Shown here piece by piece: positions 60,038 to 64,000 of a DNA stretch of 64,000 nucleotides. The notes under the pieces were generated by a model, which did no database searches, was not told the origin of the DNA, and saw nothing but the letters and a program-made list of their open reading frames with translations. The position numbers and the translations under genes were made by a program. Position 1 is the stretch's first letter. Every line of letters begins with the position of its first letter. Source of the DNA: Thermoanaerobaculia bacterium (GTDB lineage Bacteria; Acidobacteriota; Thermoanaerobaculia; Multivoradales; JAHEKO01); the NCBI GenBank assembly GCA_947259725.1, contig CAMYNM010000003.1:42571-106570 (forward strand). Direction: 5' to 3'.

Positions 60038-60493
60038 GTGAAGTGTCCTTTCTGCGGAGAACTCAAGGACCGCGTCGTCGATTCCCGCGAAAGCCGGGAC
60101 GGGCTGGCGGTGCGCCGGCGCCGCGAGTGCCTGAGCTGCGGCCGCAGGTTCACCTCGTATGAAGAAATCGAAGACATCCCCTATATGGTGGTCAAGAACG
60201 ATGGCTCGCGTGAAGATTTCGACCGCAAGAAGCTCCTCGCCGGGCTCCATCGAGCTTGCCAAAAGCGGCCGATCACGGTCACCGAGCTTCAGGAGATTGT
60301 CGAAGCCGTCGAGCAGGAACTCCATGAGCAGGAGGATCGCGAAATCTCCACCCGGCAGATCGGAGCCCTGATCATGGCGCGACTCAAGGATCTCGACCAG
60401 GTCGCCTACGTGCGCTTCGCTTCGGTGTACCGAAAGTTCGAGGACGTGGACGCCTTCATGGAAGAGCTTCAGAAGCTGGTCAATCGAGACTGA
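60038..60493 (+). CDS. nrdR: Transcriptional repressor NrdR
   Basis: CPFC…VDSR…RRRRECLSC zinc ribbon, ATP-cone, [10 protein letters not shown]. Confidence 0.96.
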   Translation: MKCPFCGELKDRVVDSRESRDGLAVRRRRECLSCGRRFTSYEEIEDIPYMVVKNDGSREDFDRKKLLAGLHRACQKRPITVTELQEIVEAVEQELHEQEDREISTRQIGALIMARLKDLDQVAYVRFASVYRKFEDVDAFMEELQKLVNRD

Positions 60494-60500
60494 ACGCGAG

Positions 60501-60965
60501 ATGGCGACCCGCTTGACTACGATCCAGATCGTCGGCCAGATCAAGTCCGAGCTCGACCGACTGTTGGAGAGCGAATCGGAGCTCGCCCAGGATCTCACCG
60601 AGGGTCCGAAGGCGCCGACCCGCGTGGACGTCGTCCAGACCGAAACCAAGATCTGTGTCTTCGTCGAAGTGCCCGGCGTTGCACCCGAAGACCTCGACGT
60701 TACGGCTTCGGGCGGTCGGGTAACCGTCACTGGAGAAAAGATCGCTAGCGATCGAGCCGTCAAGTCCGGCAGCTTCCTTTGCGTCGAGCGTCGGTGGGGC
60801 AGAATCGAAAGAAGCGTCGAGCTGGCCGCGACCGTCAATCCTCGCCAGGGGCGGGCGGTTCTAGATCACGGCGTCCTGCGTATCGAGTTCCCGGTCCTGG
60901 CCGACCAGCGCAACCGGCCGTTTCAACTGCAAGTGGAGAGAGCCGAGGGAGGAGACCGTGAGTAA
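60501..60965 (+). CDS. Small heat-shock protein (Hsp20/alpha-crystallin)
   Basis: VDV, EVPGV, VTGEK, ERRWG, GVLRI. Overlaps the lon start. Confidence 0.88.
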   Translation: MATRLTTIQIVGQIKSELDRLLESESELAQDLTEGPKAPTRVDVVQTETKICVFVEVPGVAPEDLDVTASGGRVTVTGEKIASDRAVKSGSFLCVERRWGRIERSVELAATVNPRQGRAVLDHGVLRIEFPVLADQRNRPFQLQVERAEGGDRE

Positions 60966-63375
60966 CGCCAACGCCGAAAACGAAGAAGAGCTGATCAGCC
61001 TGCCCGATCTGCTGCCGGTGCTGCCGCTCAAGGACACCGTCGTCTTCCCGTTCATCATCGTGCCCCTTTCGATTGGGCGCGACAAGAGTGTTCTCGCGGT
61101 TGACGAGGCTCTGACCGCCAACCGGATCGTCATGCTGGCGACGCAAAAAGATCCCGAGGCCGACGAACCCCAACCCGACGACATCTATCACCTCGGCACG
61201 GCCGCGGTCATCATGCGCATGCTGAAACTCCCCGACGGCCGCATTCGGATCCTGGTTCAAGGCCTCACCCGAGCCCGAATCCGACATTTCAGCCAGACCG
61301 ACCCGTTCCTTCAAGCAAAGATCGAACGACTGGGCGATCCTCCGATCGACGAGCCCAAGCTCGAGATCGAGGCCCTGGTTCGAAGCGTCAAAGACGGTCT
61401 CGACCGGGTCGTCCAACTCGGCAAGGCGATCTCTCCCGAGGTCGTCGTGATCGCGGCCAACCTGGAAGAGCCCGGTCGACTCGCCGACCTGGTTGCCAGC
61501 AACATGGATCTGAAACCCGAAGAGGCTCAGGAAATCCTACGCACGCTCAACCCGATCGCCAGGCTCAAGTTGGTCAACACGTCGCTGGCTCGGGAGGTCC
61601 AGGTTCTGACCATGCAGCAGGAGATCTCGACACAGGCTCGCGGCGAGATGGACAAGAGCCAGCGTGACTACTTCTTGCGCCAGCAGCTCAAGGCGATCCG
61701 GCAAGAGCTCGGTGAGGGCGAGGATCTGGCCGAGGATCTGGACAACTACCGGTCGCTGGCCGCCGACAAGGGCCTGCCCGAGGAGGCCGGCGAAGAGCTC
61801 GAGCGCCAGCTCAAGAAGCTCGAGCGCAGCCATCCGGAAAGCGCCGAGACCGCGATCATCCGTAACTTCGTCGATTGGCTGACCGCCCTGCCCTGGTCCA
61901 CCGTTAGCAAGGACCTCCTCAACCTGGACCGCGCCCGTAAAGTGCTCGACGAGGATCACTACGATCTCGACGAGGTCAAGGATCGGATCCTCGAATACCT
62001 GGCGGTCCGCAAGCTCAACCCGCAGGTCAAGGGCCCGATCCTGTGCTTCGTCGGCCCGCCCGGCGTCGGCAAGACTTCACTCGGCCGGTCGATCGCTCGC
62101 GCCATGGATCGCAAGTTCCTGCGGATCTCGCTGGGAGGGGTCCGGGACGAGGCCGAGATCCGGGGACATCGCCGGACCTACGTCGGCGCCTTGCCCGGAC
62201 GCATCCTGCAAAGCCTCAGGCAAGCCGGCACCAGCAACCCGGTTTTCATGCTCGACGAGATCGACAAGCTCGGCACGGATTTCCGAGGCGATCCCTCCTC
62301 CGCTCTTCTCGAAGTTCTGGATCCGGAGCAGAACTTCAACTTCCGCGATCACTACCTGGGAGTCGCCTACGACCTCAGCAAGGTCATGTTCATCACCACC
62401 GCAAACCAGCTCTACCCGATTCAACCGGCATTCCGTGACCGAATGGAGACCATCCGCCTGTCCGGTTACATCGAGGAGGAAAAGACCGAGATCGCCACCC
62501 GGCACCTCATCCCAAAACAGGTCGCCGAACACGGACTCACTCGAAAGCAAATGACCTTTACCACCGCCGGGATTCGCAAGATCATCCGGCACTACACCAA
62601 AGAGGCGGGCCTGAGAAACCTCGAGCGCGAGATCGCCAAGATCTGCCGCAAGGTAGCGGTCAAGGCGGCTCGCGGGCGGCTTCGCTCGAAGGTTTCGGTC
62701 TCCGCTCGATCGATCGAGAACTTTCTCGGGCCGGCCAAGCACTTCAGCGAGGAGCTGCTCGACCGCGACCGCGTCGGCGTTGCCACGGGACTCGCCTGGA
62801 CGCCGGTGGGCGGCGATCTGCTCTTCGTCGAGGTCGCGGCGGTCCCCGGTCGGGGCAAGCTCATGTTGACCGGTCAGCTCGGAAGCGTGATGAAGGAGTC
62901 GGCGCAGGCGGCTATCACCTACGCTCGCAGCTCGAAGCTCTTGCACGGAGCGCCCGAGGACTTCTTCGCGAAACACGACATCCACATTCACGTTCCGGCG
63001 GGTTCGATCCCCAAGGACGGACCCTCCGCGGGGATCACGATCGCGGCGGCCGTGGTCTCGCTGCTCACCCAACGCCCCGTCGATCGCCGCGTCGCGATGA
63101 CCGGCGAGATCACTCTGCGAGGCGACGTGCTCCCGATCGGCGGCTTGAAGGAGAAGCTCCTGGCTGCCCGAAACGCCGGCGTTCGAACCGTGGTCATCCC
63201 CAAGCTGAACGAGCGCGACCTCAGCGAGATCGACGGCGACCTCAAAGAAGGCCTCACCGTGCACCTGGTCGATCACTGCGAACAGGCGGTGGCGCTGGCG
63301 CTGGTTCAGAAGCCTCCGCGAAAACGCGCCTCGACCACGAAGGCCCGGCTACCGCGAGCGGCCCGGGGCGCCTGA
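60958..63375 (+). CDS. lon: ATP-dependent Lon protease
   Basis: LPVLPL N-domain, [22 protein letters not shown] catalytic Ser, IGGLKEK. Confidence 0.97.
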   Translation: MSNANAENEEELISLPDLLPVLPLKDTVVFPFIIVPLSIGRDKSVLAVDEALTANRIVMLATQKDPEADEPQPDDIYHLGTAAVIMRMLKLPDGRIRILVQGLTRARIRHFSQTDPFLQAKIERLGDPPIDEPKLEIEALVRSVKDGLDRVVQLGKAISPEVVVIAANLEEPGRLADLVASNMDLKPEEAQEILRTLNPIARLKLVNTSLAREVQVLTMQQEISTQARGEMDKSQRDYFLRQQLKAIRQELGEGEDLAEDLDNYRSLAADKGLPEEAGEELERQLKKLERSHPESAETAIIRNFVDWLTALPWSTVSKDLLNLDRARKVLDEDHYDLDEVKDRILEYLAVRKLNPQVKGPILCFVGPPGVGKTSLGRSIARAMDRKFLRISLGGVRDEAEIRGHRRTYVGALPGRILQSLRQAGTSNPVFMLDEIDKLGTDFRGDPSSALLEVLDPEQNFNFRDHYLGVAYDLSKVMFITTANQLYPIQPAFRDRMETIRLSGYIEEEKTEIATRHLIPKQVAEHGLTRKQMTFTTAGIRKIIRHYTKEAGLRNLEREIAKICRKVAVKAARGRLRSKVSVSARSIENFLGPAKHFSEELLDRDRVGVATGLAWTPVGGDLLFVEVAAVPGRGKLMLTGQLGSVMKESAQAAITYARSSKLLHGAPEDFFAKHDIHIHVPAGSIPKDGPSAGITIAAAVVSLLTQRPVDRRVAMTGEITLRGDVLPIGGLKEKLLAARNAGVRTVVIPKLNERDLSEIDGDLKEGLTVHLVDHCEQAVALALVQKPPRKRASTTKARLPRAARGA

Positions 63376-63397
63376 GGGCTGGCGCAGCGAGCCTCCG

Positions 63398-64000
63398 ATG
63401 ACCAAACGCACAGCCGAGGACCGACTGATCGGCTGGCTCCGAACCGAGCTCAACCGGCGCGGGCTCGTCGACCGCCTGGGCGACGATGTCGCGTGGCTCA
63501 CCCTCGGAGGAGCGTGGGCGGTCTCCGCCGACCAGCAGATCGAGGGCACGCACTTCGGCTCCCGGCTGCCCGCCTGGAGACTGGGGAGGCGACTCGCCGC
63601 GGTCAACCTCTCGGACATGGCGGCGGCGGGGGCGCGGCCGAGGTTCGCAACCGCAACGGTAGCCGCGCCTCGGAACTTCGATTTCAAGGCCTTCTTTCGA
63701 GGGCTTCTCGACAGCTGCGAGGAGTTCGGACTCAGCCTGATCGGCGGCGACCTGGCCTCGACTCCCCGAGTGACCACCACCCTCACGGTCTTCGGGCAGC
63801 GGCCGCGAGGTGCGCAGTGGCTCCGACGGGACCGTGCGCAGCCGGGTGACGTGCTCTGGCTGGGAGGCTCGGTCGGCGAGTCCGCGCTGGGAAGAGCGCT
63901 GCTCGAACGGGGCGTCACGGTCGGCCGAGCTTCGGTGCGCCTGCCCGGAAACATCCCCAATGACTTGCGCACCTCCGCTCGCAGCGCGATCGCTCGGCAT
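63398..64000 (+). CDS. thiL: Thiamine-monophosphate kinase, truncated by the window end (absent from the ORF track)
   Basis: Manual translation from ATG 63398 gives MTKRTAEDRLI…LGDDVA…EGTHF…AAVNLSDMAAAGARP…LIGGD…AQPGD. Confidence 0.92.
   Translation, partial: MTKRTAEDRLIGWLRTELNRRGLVDRLGDDVAWLTLGGAWAVSADQQIEGTHFGSRLPAWRLGRRLAAVNLSDMAAAGARPRFATATVAAPRNFDFKAFFRGLLDSCEEFGLSLIGGDLASTPRVTTTLTVFGQRPRGAQWLRRDRAQPGDVLWLGGSVGESALGRALLERGVTVGRASVRLPGNIPNDLRTSARSAIARH

Noticed and set aside
59069-60838. 589-aa antisense ORF, and similar long shadow ORFs (22723-24144, 39983-41551, 41212-42948, 44006-45727, 7033-8535)
   Set aside because: They lie opposite well-supported genes and have no motifs. Long stop-free antisense frames are expected in high-GC coding DNA.

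Overview
GC-rich bacterial chromosomal window of mostly housekeeping genes. The gene content suggests Acidobacteriota or a similar lineage (inference only). It carries sdhCAB, pcnB, sucCD-ndk, icd, cdd, mqnD, a fused aconitase-family dehydratase, ftcd, an ACE-like M2 peptidase/TPR/Hpt/REC unit, ffh-rpsP-khpA-rimM-trmD-rplS-rnhB followed by a large TPR protein, pyk, an MMPL transporter-pgsA-SLT-alaS-recX-pilT-family run, and hrcA-grpE-dnaK-dnaJ-prmA-rsmE diverging from an extended MglA GTPase-nrdR-hsp20-lon-thiL. No rRNA, tRNA, CRISPR array or transposase was found. Best non-routine signals: (1) a GGGGACAC...GTGTCCCC palindromic repeat family, one copy of which is split by a CTAG-flanked MITE with perfect inverted ends and also supplies the C-terminus of mqnD; (2) rod-like structured intergenic elements; (3) a dispersed MglA/SgmX-like/PilT-family polarity module with no MglB in the window; (4) two apparent pseudo-enzymes (an S51 peptidase fold in the sucCD-ndk operon and a CAAX-protease-like domain fused to a PP2C phosphatase); (5) repeated leaderless or very-short-leader promoter geometry. 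Family assignments come from motifs read by eye; no searches were run.
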